A stretch of 25,738 nt of DNA from a virus (lineage: Duplodnaviria; Caudoviricetes): the IMG/VR virus record IMGVR_UViG_3300033067_001050, positions 1 through 25,738 of that record. The stretch is one strand, 5' to 3'. The translations under genes and the position numbers were made by a program. The notes beneath the pieces are model-generated. The model was given only the letters and a program-made list of their open reading frames with translations. It searched no databases and was not told where the DNA came from. Positions 1 through 8,664 of this stretch are shown piece after piece; position 1 is the stretch's first letter; each line of letters opens with the position of its first letter.

Positions 1-2
1 TG

Positions 3-338
3 GCGTTTGACCTCACCGACGAACAGATCGCCGCGGCGCTGTCGATCAGCGTGCCGACGCTGAGGAAGCATTATTTTCGGGAGCTGCGCTCGCGCGTCGA
101 GGCCCGTCACCGGGTGGAGGGCAAGCTGCTGCTCGCCCTGGTCGCCGAGGCTGACAAGGGGAACAGCGCGGCGATCGACAAGCTGTTCAAGCGGCTCGAC
201 CGGCACGACCTGCTGAGCGGGCGCGTCGCCAGCGCGAAGCCGCCTAAGGCCGAGAAGAAGGGCAAGAAGCAGCTCGCGACCGAGACGGCGCACGTCGCGC
301 ACAAGGACACCGCGTGGGGCAACCTGGTCAAACACTGA
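3..338 (+). CDS. Terminase small subunit (5' end outside the window)
   Basis: Frame is open from position 3 (AFDLTDEQIAAALSISVPTLRKHYFREL), which is HTH-like. It has a basic C-terminus ending in WGNLVKH, and its stop overlaps the TerL start (TGATG at 336-340). Confidence 0.8.
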   Translation, partial: AFDLTDEQIAAALSISVPTLRKHYFRELRSRVEARHRVEGKLLLALVAEADKGNSAAIDKLFKRLDRHDLLSGRVASAKPPKAEKKGKKQLATETAHVAHKDTAWGNLVKH

Positions 339-2059
339 TGGCCGAGGCCCCCTTGTGGGACTTTGCCTGTCCGGACTGGGTGGAGCGCCTGAAGCAGGGG
401 CGCTCGCTGCTGCCAGACCTGCCGCTCGACCAGGCCGAGGCGGCGCGGGCGGTGGCGATGTTCGACAAGCTGCGGCTGCCCGATGTGCCGGGGCAGCCGA
501 CGATGGGCGAGGCCGCGGGCGAGTTCGTCCGCGATATCATCCGGGCGGTGTTCGGCAGCCTAGACGAGGACCGGGTGCGGCAGGTCCGCGAGGTCTTCGA
601 GCTGGTGCCGAAGAAGAACATGAAGACGACCGGCGGCGCCGCGATCATGCTGGTCGCGCTGCTGATGAACGAGCGGCCGCGCGCCGAGTTCGTGCTGGTC
701 GGTCCGACGCAGGAAGTGGCGGACATCGCCTTTCAGCAGGCGTCGGGCATGATCGACGCCGACGAGTATCTGAAGGCGCGGTTCCACGTCGCCGAGCACA
801 CGAAGACGATCTACGACCGGGTGCTGAAGTCCCGGCTGAAGATCAAGACCTTCGACATGAAGGTGGCGACGGGATCGAAGCCCGCCGGGCTGCTGATCGA
901 CGAGGTTCACCTGCTGTCGACGATCGCGGGCGCGGCGCGCGTGATCGGCCAGCTGCGCGGCGGCATGATCGCGAACCCGGAAGCGTTCATGATCATGATC
1001 ACGACGCAGTCGGACGAAGCGCCGTCGGGGGTGTTCAAGTCCGAGCTCGACTATGCGCGGGGGGTGCGCGACGGGCGGATCACCGGCGGACACACGCTGG
1101 CGATGCTCTACGAGATGCCCGAGGCGATGCAGATCGACCCGTCTGCGCCGTGGAAGGATCCGGCGAACTGGCCGATGGTGCTGCCGAACCTCGGTCGCTC
1201 GATCACGCTGGAGCGCCTGATCGAGGAGTTCGAGACGGCGCAGGAAAAGGGAATCGAGGAGCTGCGGCGCTGGGCGTCGCAGCACCTCAACATCGAGATC
1301 GGCCTGGGGCTGCACTCGGCGCGCTGGCGCGGAGCGGACTTCTGGGAGATTGCTGCCGAGGGGGATATCGCGGGGCCGACCGGCTATCGCGCGATGTTCG
1401 AGCTGTGCGAAGTGATGGTCGCCGGTGTCGATGGCGGCGGGCTGGACGACCTTTACGGCCTGGCGCTTGCCGGACGCGAGAAGGTGACGAAGCGGTGGCT
1501 GTTCTGGGCGCATGCCTGGGTGCAGCGCGACGTGCTGACGCTGCGGCCCGAGATCGCCGCGCGGCTGCAGGATTTCGAGAAGGATGGCGACCTGACCTTC
1601 TGCGACGACGGGATGACCGACGTCGAGGGGATCGCCGCCATCCTGGCCGAGGTGCACGCGACCGGGCTGTTGCCGGAAAAGAGCGCGATCGGAATGGACC
1701 CGCAGGGAGTGGCGGCGCTGCATGACGCTTTGATTGAGGCCGGGATCCTTCCCGAGCAGATGGTCGCCGTGTCGCAGGGTTTCCGCCTGTCGTCGGCGGT
1801 GTGGACGATGGAACGCAAGCTGAAGGACGGGACGCTGGCGCATGCCGGCTCTCGCCTGCTGAACTGGTGCGTGGGCAACGCCCGCGCCGAGCAACGAGGC
1901 AATGCCGTGCTGATCACGAAAGAGACTGCGGGGAAGGCGAAGATCGACCCGCTGGTCGCGTGCTTCAACGCGGCCAAGCTGCTCGAGCGGAGCCCGGAGG
2001 CGGCGGGTGCGAATGGAGGCCTCGACGGGTGGCTGGCCAGCATGGTCGTTAGTGGATGA
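338..2059 (+). CDS. Terminase large subunit
   Basis: Walker A-like VPKKNMKTT, Walker B LLIDEVH, coupling motif ITTQ, nuclease-domain GVDGGGLDDL and C-terminal KIDPLVA. ATG 338 is preferred over the ORF-track GTG 314 because of the TGATG coupling. Confidence 0.95.
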   Translation: MAEAPLWDFACPDWVERLKQGRSLLPDLPLDQAEAARAVAMFDKLRLPDVPGQPTMGEAAGEFVRDIIRAVFGSLDEDRVRQVREVFELVPKKNMKTTGGAAIMLVALLMNERPRAEFVLVGPTQEVADIAFQQASGMIDADEYLKARFHVAEHTKTIYDRVLKSRLKIKTFDMKVATGSKPAGLLIDEVHLLSTIAGAARVIGQLRGGMIANPEAFMIMITTQSDEAPSGVFKSELDYARGVRDGRITGGHTLAMLYEMPEAMQIDPSAPWKDPANWPMVLPNLGRSITLERLIEEFETAQEKGIEELRRWASQHLNIEIGLGLHSARWRGADFWEIAAEGDIAGPTGYRAMFELCEVMVAGVDGGGLDDLYGLALAGREKVTKRWLFWAHAWVQRDVLTLRPEIAARLQDFEKDGDLTFCDDGMTDVEGIAAILAEVHATGLLPEKSAIGMDPQGVAALHDALIEAGILPEQMVAVSQGFRLSSAVWTMERKLKDGTLAHAGSRLLNWCVGNARAEQRGNAVLITKETAGKAKIDPLVACFNAAKLLERSPEAAGANGGLDGWLASMVVSG

Positions 2060-3285
2060 GCCTGTATTCGCGCGCGGCCGGGTGGCTGCGGCAGAAGGCG
2101 TCGGGGTTCTGGCGCCGATCGCTGTCGCTTACGGATCCGGACGGGTGGCGTGGTGGTGGGAGCGAGAGTGCGTCGGGCGAGCGGGTGTCGGCGGGTTCGG
2201 CGCTGGCGCTGTCGGCGGTGTGGGGGTGCGTGAACCTGCTGGCCGGGACGATCGGGTCTCTGCCGCTGATGGTCTATCGCACCGACCGCGCCGGCCGGCG
2301 GACGGTGTATCGCGAGCACCCGCTCTACTGGCTGCTGCACGACAGCCCCAACGCCGAACAGACTGCTCTCGACTTCTGGGAGTTCGGCTGTGCGTCGCTC
2401 GAGCTGTCGGGCAATATGCTGGCGGCAATCGAGCGCGGCACCGGCGGACGCGTAGCGGCGCTGCGCCCGGTGCGGTGGGAAGAGGTGAGCGTCGGGCGCG
2501 ATAATGCCGGGGCGCTGCGCTATCGCTGGGCCGACGAGAATCGCGGCAGCGACGGCGTGCTGCACGTGCGTGGCTTCGGCGGGGGGCCGGAGGGCGGGCT
2601 GTCGACACTGGCCTATGCCCGCCACGCCTTCGGCCTGGCGCAGGCGATCGACCGTGCGGCGGGCGGCATGTTTCGCAATGGGCTGCGCACCTCGGGCGTG
2701 CTGTCGCTGAAGGACTTCATGAGCGAGGAGAAGCGATCGGTCTACGAGGAGGCGCTCACGACGCGCTGGTCGGGCGCGATGAACGCCGGACGTCCGATGA
2801 TCCTCGAGGGCGGTGCGACCTGGAGCACGGTCACGCTGAACGCCGAGGACGCGCAGATGCTGCAATCGCGCGGATTTTCGGTCGAGGAGATCTGTCGGTT
2901 CTTCGGGGTGCCGCCATTCATGGTGGGGCACACTGAGAAGACGACGAGCTGGGGCACGGGGCTGGAGCAGCAGATCCTCGGCTTCCAGAAGTTCACACTG
3001 CGACGCCGGCTTAAGCGAATCGAGATGGCGCTGGCAAAGCAGTTGCTGACGCCGACCGACCGCGCCGAGGGCGTGACAATCGAGTTCAATCTGGAAGGTT
3101 TACTGCGCGGCGACAGCCCGGGTCGAGCCGGATTCTACCAGTCCGGTCTGATGAATGGCTGGATGACGATCAACGAGGTGCGCGCGCTGGAAAACATGCC
3201 GCCCGTCGAGGGTGGCGACGTGCCGCGGATGCAGTCGCAGAACGTGCCGATCACGGCAGTGCCGGCGATGCTGGCGGGCAACTGA
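2056..3285 (+). CDS. HK97-family portal protein
   Basis: SAVWGCVNLLAGTIGSLPLMVY, LLHDSPNAEQT, VEEICRFFGVPPFMVG and GWMTINEVRALENMPPVEGGD motifs; directly follows terL. Confidence 0.96.
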   Translation: MSLYSRAAGWLRQKASGFWRRSLSLTDPDGWRGGGSESASGERVSAGSALALSAVWGCVNLLAGTIGSLPLMVYRTDRAGRRTVYREHPLYWLLHDSPNAEQTALDFWEFGCASLELSGNMLAAIERGTGGRVAALRPVRWEEVSVGRDNAGALRYRWADENRGSDGVLHVRGFGGGPEGGLSTLAYARHAFGLAQAIDRAAGGMFRNGLRTSGVLSLKDFMSEEKRSVYEEALTTRWSGAMNAGRPMILEGGATWSTVTLNAEDAQMLQSRGFSVEEICRFFGVPPFMVGHTEKTTSWGTGLEQQILGFQKFTLRRRLKRIEMALAKQLLTPTDRAEGVTIEFNLEGLLRGDSPGRAGFYQSGLMNGWMTINEVRALENMPPVEGGDVPRMQSQNVPITAVPAMLAGN

Positions 3286-3294
3286 GGACCGACG

Positions 3295-3954
3295 ATGCTG
3301 ATGAAATCGAAGAATGCCGGGGTCGCGCTCGACATCAAGGCGCTGGGCGAGGACGGCACGATCGAGGGATACGCCTCGATGTTCGGCGTAGTCGACAGCT
3401 ACAACGAGGCGGTTGCGCCCGGGGCATTCAAGGGATCGCTGGCGGCGGCGAAGCGAGAGAAGCGCACGATCAAGATGCTCTATCAGCACGACACCTGGCA
3501 GCCGATCGGCGTGTGGGACGAGCTGATCGAAGACGACAAGGGGCTGCGCGTTGCCGGACGGCTGCTGATCGAGGAGAGTCCGAAAGCACTGGAGGTCTAC
3601 GGACTGATCAAGGCCGGAGCCCTGGACGAGCTGTCGATCGGCTATCGCGAAATCGAGACGACACCCGACCGGCAAAACGACGGGGTGACGATCCTGAAGA
3701 AGCTGGACCTGCGCGAGGTGAGCATCGTCACCTTCGGCGCGCTGGGCCGGGCGGCGCGGATCGACGGAGTGAAACAATGGGCCGACGGCGAGCTGCCGAC
3801 GGTCAGGGAATTCGAGACGGCCCTGCGGGAGCTGGGCCTGTCGAGAAGCAAGGCGGCGGCAATGGCAACCGCCTGCGCACCGCATCTTCGGGGGGAGCCC
3901 GAAGCCGTGGTGGACGATGCGGCCCGACGCTTCCTGGAAGCGCTGCGCGCCTGA
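3295..3954 (+). CDS. HK97-family prohead protease
   Basis: GTIEGYASMFGVVDSY, MLYQHD (catalytic His), LSIGY (catalytic Ser) and LREVSIVTF. GAGGA RBS upstream. Confidence 0.95.
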   Translation: MLMKSKNAGVALDIKALGEDGTIEGYASMFGVVDSYNEAVAPGAFKGSLAAAKREKRTIKMLYQHDTWQPIGVWDELIEDDKGLRVAGRLLIEESPKALEVYGLIKAGALDELSIGYREIETTPDRQNDGVTILKKLDLREVSIVTFGALGRAARIDGVKQWADGELPTVREFETALRELGLSRSKAAAMATACAPHLRGEPEAVVDDAARRFLEALRA

Positions 3955-3984
3955 CTTTCCACTTCTGGACACGAGGAACGCAAA

Positions 3985-5289
3985 ATGAAGAAGTCTGTAA
4001 CGATGGCCATCGCCAGCGCGGCGATCGGCCCGATGACGCCTGCCGAGCGTGCGCGAGGCCGCTACATGCGCGACGGCACCGGCCATCCCGCTCCCAAGAC
4101 AAAGTCGGCCGAGGAGCTGGCGAGCGAGATCAAGGCTGAATTCGAGGCGCAATTCGCCAAGGTGAAGGCGATCGCCGATGACGCGCTGGGCAAGGCGCGC
4201 AAGGGCGAGGACCTTGGGCAATCCGCCAAGGACGAAACCGATGGCCTGCTGACCGAGATGAACGCCACCAAGGGGCGGCTCGACGAGCTGGAGCAGAAGC
4301 TGGCCAATCGCACCGAACAGCGCGGCGATGGCGAGAAATCGCTCGGCGAGCTATTTGTCGCCGACGAGCGGGTGAAGGCATTCCTAAATCAGCCACAGCC
4401 ACGCGGGCGGGTGGATGTCCAGCAGAAGGCAACGATCACCAGCGCGATCACTGGCGCCGGCGGTGTCGGCGACGCGATCAACCAGACCCGCCTGCCGGGC
4501 GTAATCGCTCCGCCCAATCGCCAGATGACGGTGCGCGACCTGATCACGCCGGGCCGCATGGATGGCAATACGCTGGAATATGTGAAGGAGACCGGCTTCA
4601 CGAACGGCGCGGGTATGGTTGCGGAAGGCAGCGTCAAGCCAAGCTCCGACATCACCTTCGACCTCGTCTCGACCACCGCCAAGGTAATCGCGCACTACAT
4701 GAAGGCGTCCCGGCAGGTGATGGACGATGTCGCCCAGATCCAGAGCTACATCGACGGACGGCTGCGCTACGGGCTCGAGTTCAAGGAAGAAGCGCAGCTG
4801 TTGAACGGCGACGGAACCGGGCAGAACCTGCTGGGCATCATCCCGCAGGCAACCGCCTATGTCGCCCCGATCACTATTGCCGGCGCGACGTCGATCGACA
4901 TGATGCGCCTGGCGATGTTGCAGGCTGCGCTGGCCGAGTATCCGGCGACCGGGCACGTGATGAACCCGATCGACTGGACGTGGGTCGAGCTGCTGAAGGA
5001 CGGCCAGGGCCGCTACATCATCGGCTCGCCGCAGGGCACGCTTTCTCCCACCTTGTGGGGCCTGCCGGTGGTGACGACGCAGGCAATCAGCGCCGACAAG
5101 TTCCTGACGGGCGCTTTCAAGATGGGCGCGCAGCTGTTCGATCGCTGGCTCGCCCGGGTGGAGATCGCCACCGAAAACGAGGACGATTTCATCAAGAACC
5201 TGATCACGATGCTGTGCGAAGAGCGCCTCGCGCTGGCGGTCTACCGCCCGGAAGCGTTTATCTACGGCGATTTTGGCCGGCTCCCCTGA
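3985..5289 (+). CDS. HK97-fold major capsid protein with N-terminal scaffold (delta) domain
   Basis: Coiled-coil N-terminal region, then VRDLITPG, EEAQLLNGDGTGQNLLGI, TLWGLPVV and EERLALAVYRPEAF. GAGGA RBS. Confidence 0.97.
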   Translation: MKKSVTMAIASAAIGPMTPAERARGRYMRDGTGHPAPKTKSAEELASEIKAEFEAQFAKVKAIADDALGKARKGEDLGQSAKDETDGLLTEMNATKGRLDELEQKLANRTEQRGDGEKSLGELFVADERVKAFLNQPQPRGRVDVQQKATITSAITGAGGVGDAINQTRLPGVIAPPNRQMTVRDLITPGRMDGNTLEYVKETGFTNGAGMVAEGSVKPSSDITFDLVSTTAKVIAHYMKASRQVMDDVAQIQSYIDGRLRYGLEFKEEAQLLNGDGTGQNLLGIIPQATAYVAPITIAGATSIDMMRLAMLQAALAEYPATGHVMNPIDWTWVELLKDGQGRYIIGSPQGTLSPTLWGLPVVTTQAISADKFLTGAFKMGAQLFDRWLARVEIATENEDDFIKNLITMLCEERLALAVYRPEAFIYGDFGRLP

Positions 5290-5298
5290 TGATGTGAC

Positions 5299-5325
5299 GC
5301 CGGGCCGGGGACAACCCGGCCCGGC
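5299..5325 (+). terminator. GC-rich hairpin after the capsid gene (terminator/attenuator-like, no U-tract)
   Basis: Perfect 11-bp stem GCCGGGCCGGG / CCCGGCCCGGC with loop GACAA, 10 nt after the capsid stop. Confidence 0.5.
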
Positions 5326-5364
5326 TGACCAAAGCTGCGTTAATCCCGCAGTTTTGGTCAGCCG
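5322..5364. repeat. 18-bp inverted repeat (second hairpin) abutting the RBS of the next gene
   Basis: CGGCTGACCAAAGCTGCG-TTAATCC-CGCAGTTTTGGTCAGCCG with one G-U pair. AGGAGG follows at 5365-5370. Confidence 0.85.
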
Positions 5365-5375
5365 AGGAGGTTAGA

Positions 5376-5612
5376 ATGGCGATGAAATCCTATCGCGTGA
5401 ATCGCGAGCACCAGGGCGACAGGGATTATGCCCGTGGCGACCTGCGCAAGGCGAACGAAGGCGATGTGAAGCATCTGGTCGAGATGGGCGTGCTGACGTT
5501 GCTGGGCGACGCGCCGAAGAAGCGCCTCGCGAAGACCGCGAAGGTCGCTCAGGCGCACAAGGTCAAGCCTGCGCCCTTGCTTGAGCGCAAGTCCGACAGC
5601 GACACCAAGTAA
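5376..5612 (+). CDS. Small basic hypothetical protein between the capsid and head-tail connector genes
   Basis: Strong AGGAGG RBS, 78 aa, Lys/Ala-rich tail. Small ORFs commonly occupy this position in HK97-like heads. Confidence 0.8.
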   Translation: MAMKSYRVNREHQGDRDYARGDLRKANEGDVKHLVEMGVLTLLGDAPKKRLAKTAKVAQAHKVKPAPLLERKSDSDTK

Positions 5613-5630
5613 GCTGCGGACCCGATCGCC

Positions 5631-6203
5631 ATGCTGTTCACGCTGACGCCTTCGGCGCCGGTAAACGGGTATGGCGAGGCTCTTCTGCCGCTCGCGGACG
5701 CGAAGGCGTGGCTGCGGGTGGACGGGACGGACGAGGACGCACTGATCGAGGCGCTGCGCGATGCGGCGATCGACATGATCGAGCAGCTGGCGAACGTGCG
5801 GCTCGGCCCGGTGAACGGCTTGGTGGCGAAGTTCGCCGCGTTCGGCGAGCGGATGCGCGTGGGCGTCGGCCCGGCGGCGACGCTGGCGGTGACGGGGATC
5901 GCGTATCTCGACAGCGACGGCACGGGCCAGACCATCGCGGCGGGAGGATGGCGGGTCGATCCGGCGGGCGGGCTGCTGCCGTCCCCGGGGACGAGCTGGC
6001 CGTGCAGCGCGAGCGCGGTGGCGGTGACCTTCTCGGCGGGATATCCGGCGGGCGCGGCCCCGGCGGCGCTGATCCAGGCCGCCCGAATGTTCCTGGCGCA
6101 TCTGTATCTCAATCGCGAGGCGGTGGTGATGGACGGCGTCGGCGGCGAGGTGCCGCTGGGTGTGACCACGATCGTCGCGCGATACCGGATGCCGGTGCTG
6201 TAG
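5631..6203 (+). CDS. Head-tail connector (HK97 gp6-like)
   Basis: LADAKAWLRVDGTDEDALIEAL at the N-terminus and VTFSAGY...AHLYLNREAV at the C-terminus. Confidence 0.92.
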   Translation: MLFTLTPSAPVNGYGEALLPLADAKAWLRVDGTDEDALIEALRDAAIDMIEQLANVRLGPVNGLVAKFAAFGERMRVGVGPAATLAVTGIAYLDSDGTGQTIAAGGWRVDPAGGLLPSPGTSWPCSASAVAVTFSAGYPAGAAPAALIQAARMFLAHLYLNREAVVMDGVGGEVPLGVTTIVARYRMPVL

Positions 6204-6204
6204 C

Positions 6205-6558
6205 ATGGCCGGGCGTTCGGTGTTCGCTCCTCTCCGTTCCGGGGAGTTGAACCGGCGTGTCTCGCTGTCGCGGATCGCGCTGGCGGACGACGGCAAGGGC
6301 GCGCAGGTCGAGACGCCGACCATTTTCGCCACGGTGTGGGCGGAGGCGATCAGCCAGAACGGGCGCGAATCGATGCTGGCCGGCGCGCTGCAGGGCATAT
6401 CGTCCTGGCGCATCCGGATCCGCTGGCGCGCCGACGTGACGACCGACGACCAGGTGACGCTGGACGGCAAGCTGCTGAACATCCGCTCGGTCGAGGATCC
6501 GACCGGCCGGCGCGAGCAGCTGGTGATCTTCGCCGACAGCGCATCGGTGCAGCAGTGA
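6205..6558 (+). CDS. Head closure / head-tail adaptor protein (SPP1 gp16-like)
   Basis: GELNRRVSL, ATVWAEA, RIRIRWRADV and LNIRSVEDP motifs; gene position. Confidence 0.9.
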   Translation: MAGRSVFAPLRSGELNRRVSLSRIALADDGKGAQVETPTIFATVWAEAISQNGRESMLAGALQGISSWRIRIRWRADVTTDDQVTLDGKLLNIRSVEDPTGRREQLVIFADSASVQQ

Positions 6559-7025
6559 GCGGCCAGACTCGATCGCGCGTGCGCGGCGACCGGTCGGTCC
6601 GCAAGCTGTTGCGCCAACTTCCGGCGGCGGTGAAGGAGGAAATGCAGGCCACGCTGGCAGACGCCGGACGTGAGCTGCTGGCCGAAATGCAGGCGGACGT
6701 GCCGGTGCGCACGGGCGCGTTGCGGGCGGGGCTCGGCACGAAGCTGCTCAAGGCGTCCTTGCGGCTTCGCGTCGGCATCGTCGGGCCGCCGAGCGCGAGG
6801 AACCGGCTGTTCTACGGGCGGATCGTCGAGTTCGGGCGCAAGGGGCAGGCCGTCCGCGCCCGCCGTGCCGGGGAGCGGCCCTACCAGATGCGGGTGCGGG
6901 CGATGGCGCCCAGGCCGTTCGTGTTCAAGCGGCGTGCCGCGATCCGCGACGCGCTGAACAAGCGGCTGCGGACATTCTGGAACAACACGCTGGCCGACGC
7001 CGCGCAGGGGATCGCGTTCGAATGA
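6555..7025 (+). CDS. HK97 gp10-like neck/tail-completion protein
   Basis: GTG at 6555 overlaps the previous stop (GTGA). Contains VPVRTGALR, FYGRIVEFG and MAPRPF motifs. Confidence 0.88.
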   Translation: MSGQTRSRVRGDRSVRKLLRQLPAAVKEEMQATLADAGRELLAEMQADVPVRTGALRAGLGTKLLKASLRLRVGIVGPPSARNRLFYGRIVEFGRKGQAVRARRAGERPYQMRVRAMAPRPFVFKRRAAIRDALNKRLRTFWNNTLADAAQGIAFE

Positions 7026-7420
7026 CCGACCTGTTGCAGGCGACGCAGGACGCCGTGTTCGCGGCGGTGAACGTGGCCGCGGTGAAGGCGCTGGCGCCGG
7101 TCTATCAGAACGTGCCGCCCAACACGCAGCCACCGTTCATCGAGATCGGCGCGATCGACGCCGAGGAGATCGGCGCGAAGGGCGACGGCCTGGAGCGGCA
7201 CACGGTCGAGATCGAGTTTCAGCATCGCGGGCCGGCACGGCGGCCGCTGCTGGCGATGATGCACGCGGTGCGCGAGGCGCTGACCGGAGTGGTGCTGACC
7301 GCTCCGGGGGCGACGCTCGACCAGTGCCATTGGCTGGCGAGCGCCACCGATCGCGAGGACGACGGGGTCACTTACCACGGCATCCACCGGTTCGAGATGC
7401 TCGTGCAGCAGGACGATTGA
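7022..7420 (+). CDS. Tail terminator (DUF3168-like)
   Basis: LQATQDAVFAA, VYQNVP..PFIEIG and DGVTYHGIHRF motifs; located just before the tail tube gene. Confidence 0.88.
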   Translation: MTDLLQATQDAVFAAVNVAAVKALAPVYQNVPPNTQPPFIEIGAIDAEEIGAKGDGLERHTVEIEFQHRGPARRPLLAMMHAVREALTGVVLTAPGATLDQCHWLASATDREDDGVTYHGIHRFEMLVQQDD

Positions 7421-7433
7421 GGAGGACAGGACG

Positions 7434-7874
7434 ATGAGCAAGGGTTTGGGCAACAATTACCTGGTGTGGATCGAGAGCAACACGCCGGGAACCTACAACG
7501 TGATCAAGGGGCAGCAGGGCGGAAAGGTGAACCGCAACGCCGCGGACGTTGACCTGTCGACCAAGGACGACAGCGGCTATGGATCGAGCGCGCCCGGCCT
7601 CAAGGCATGGTCGATCGACCTCGACATGATCCCCAACCTGCCGGATGCCAACGGTTACACCCGGCTCGAGACGCTATCGAACGCCAACCCCCTGTTGCCG
7701 TTCAACATCCAGATCCGCAAGAACGGCACCGCCGGCGCGGCGGGGGACGTGGTGTTCGCCGGTTCGGTGTACGGCAACCTCGACACCTCCGACTTCGCTC
7801 AGAACGCGGGCGTCGGCGTGAAAGTCACCCTGAAGGGCAACGGCGCGCCGACCACCGACACGCTTGCCGTCTGA
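7434..7874 (+). CDS. Tail tube (major tail) protein
   Basis: DVDLSTKDDSGY...PGLKAWSID and VTLKGNGAP motifs; GAGGAGG RBS. Confidence 0.9.
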   Translation: MSKGLGNNYLVWIESNTPGTYNVIKGQQGGKVNRNAADVDLSTKDDSGYGSSAPGLKAWSIDLDMIPNLPDANGYTRLETLSNANPLLPFNIQIRKNGTAGAAGDVVFAGSVYGNLDTSDFAQNAGVGVKVTLKGNGAPTTDTLAV

Positions 7875-7876
7875 CC

Positions 7877-8305
7877 ATGGAGCAGGCGAACGAGGAGCGT
7901 GGCGAGGTCGAGGTCAAGCTGGAAGGCGTCAGCTACGTGCTGCGTCCCAGCTACGAGGCGCAGGTGGCGATCGAACGGCAGACGGGCAAGTCGATCGAGG
8001 CGTTGTGCGCCGCGGCCGGCAGCACGAGCCTGTCGATCGACGATGCGGCGGTCGTGGTGACCGAATGTATTCGCGCCCAAGGCCGCGCGATCGGTGACAG
8101 CGCGATGCAGGCGTTCAATGCGAAGAGTGTCGGCGAATGCATCGTCGATGCGGGAAAGCTGCCGGTGGTGAAGCGGATCGAGCTGTTGCTCTATCTGGCG
8201 GTGATGGGTGGATACACCGCCAAGGGGGAAGCGCGCGCCCTGCCGACGAAGACGCCGATGGAAGCGGCACCGGCGGAGGCAGGGCAGGATATCGCCGCCG
8301 CCTAG
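7877..8305 (+). CDS. Tail assembly chaperone (gpG-like; GTA gp10-like)
   Basis: ATG at 7877 after the tail tube stop. ANEERGEVEVKLEGVSYVLRPSYEAQVAIE is typical of GTA-gp10-like chaperones. Confidence 0.88.
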   Translation: MEQANEERGEVEVKLEGVSYVLRPSYEAQVAIERQTGKSIEALCAAAGSTSLSIDDAAVVVTECIRAQGRAIGDSAMQAFNAKSVGECIVDAGKLPVVKRIELLLYLAVMGGYTAKGEARALPTKTPMEAAPAEAGQDIAAA

Positions 8306-8424
8306 CCGGGTTTGCGACGGGGGTGCTGTGCTGGCCGCCTACCCGGTTCTGGGCTGCGACACCGCATGAATTCTGGGCGGCATATGAGGGTTGGCGGGAC
8401 GCGAACACACCCGCTGAACGCTAA
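8224..8424 (+). CDS. Frameshifted C-terminal extension of the tail assembly chaperone (gpGT/T part)
   Basis: The -1 frame is open across G GGG GAA (8224-8230) and encodes LAGFATGVLCWPPTRFWAATPHEFWAAYEG, a WxPxxFWxxTxxE chaperone motif. It has no convincing independent start. Confidence 0.75.
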   Translation, partial: GGSARPADEDADGSGTGGGRAGYRRRLAGFATGVLCWPPTRFWAATPHEFWAAYEGWRDANTPAER

Positions 8425-8630
8425 TCCTTGTGGATGCGGTCGAGCAGCGCGCCGCGATGGATGATGCCGGACAGGCAGTAGGGAATGATCGCGACGGCGA
8501 TCCCGAAAGCCACCCCCGCATCCTGCTGGGACGCGGACACGGCCTGCATCGCGGTGACCGCGATCCATCCACCGACAATGCAACCGAGCAGAGCGATCGC
8601 GTCGAAAAGCATCGCGATGAATCGCATCAT
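8421..8630 (-). CDS. Small two-TM membrane protein on the antisense strand (moron-like)
   Basis: GGAG RBS 5-6 nt before ATG 8630. 69 aa with two hydrophobic segments joined by SASQQDAG and followed by IIPYCL. Fills the gap between the chaperone and tape measure genes. Confidence 0.75.
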   Translation of the reverse strand: MMRFIAMLFDAIALLGCIVGGWIAVTAMQAVSASQQDAGVAFGIAVAIIPYCLSGIIHRGALLDRIHKD

Positions 8631-8664
8631 CCTGGCTCCAATCTGACAATGAAGGGGTAGCGTA

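Noticed and set aside
5340-5355. Possible CtrA box (TTAA-N7-TTAA) in the hairpin loop
   Set aside because: Only one TTAA half-site is present; the second position reads GTTT.
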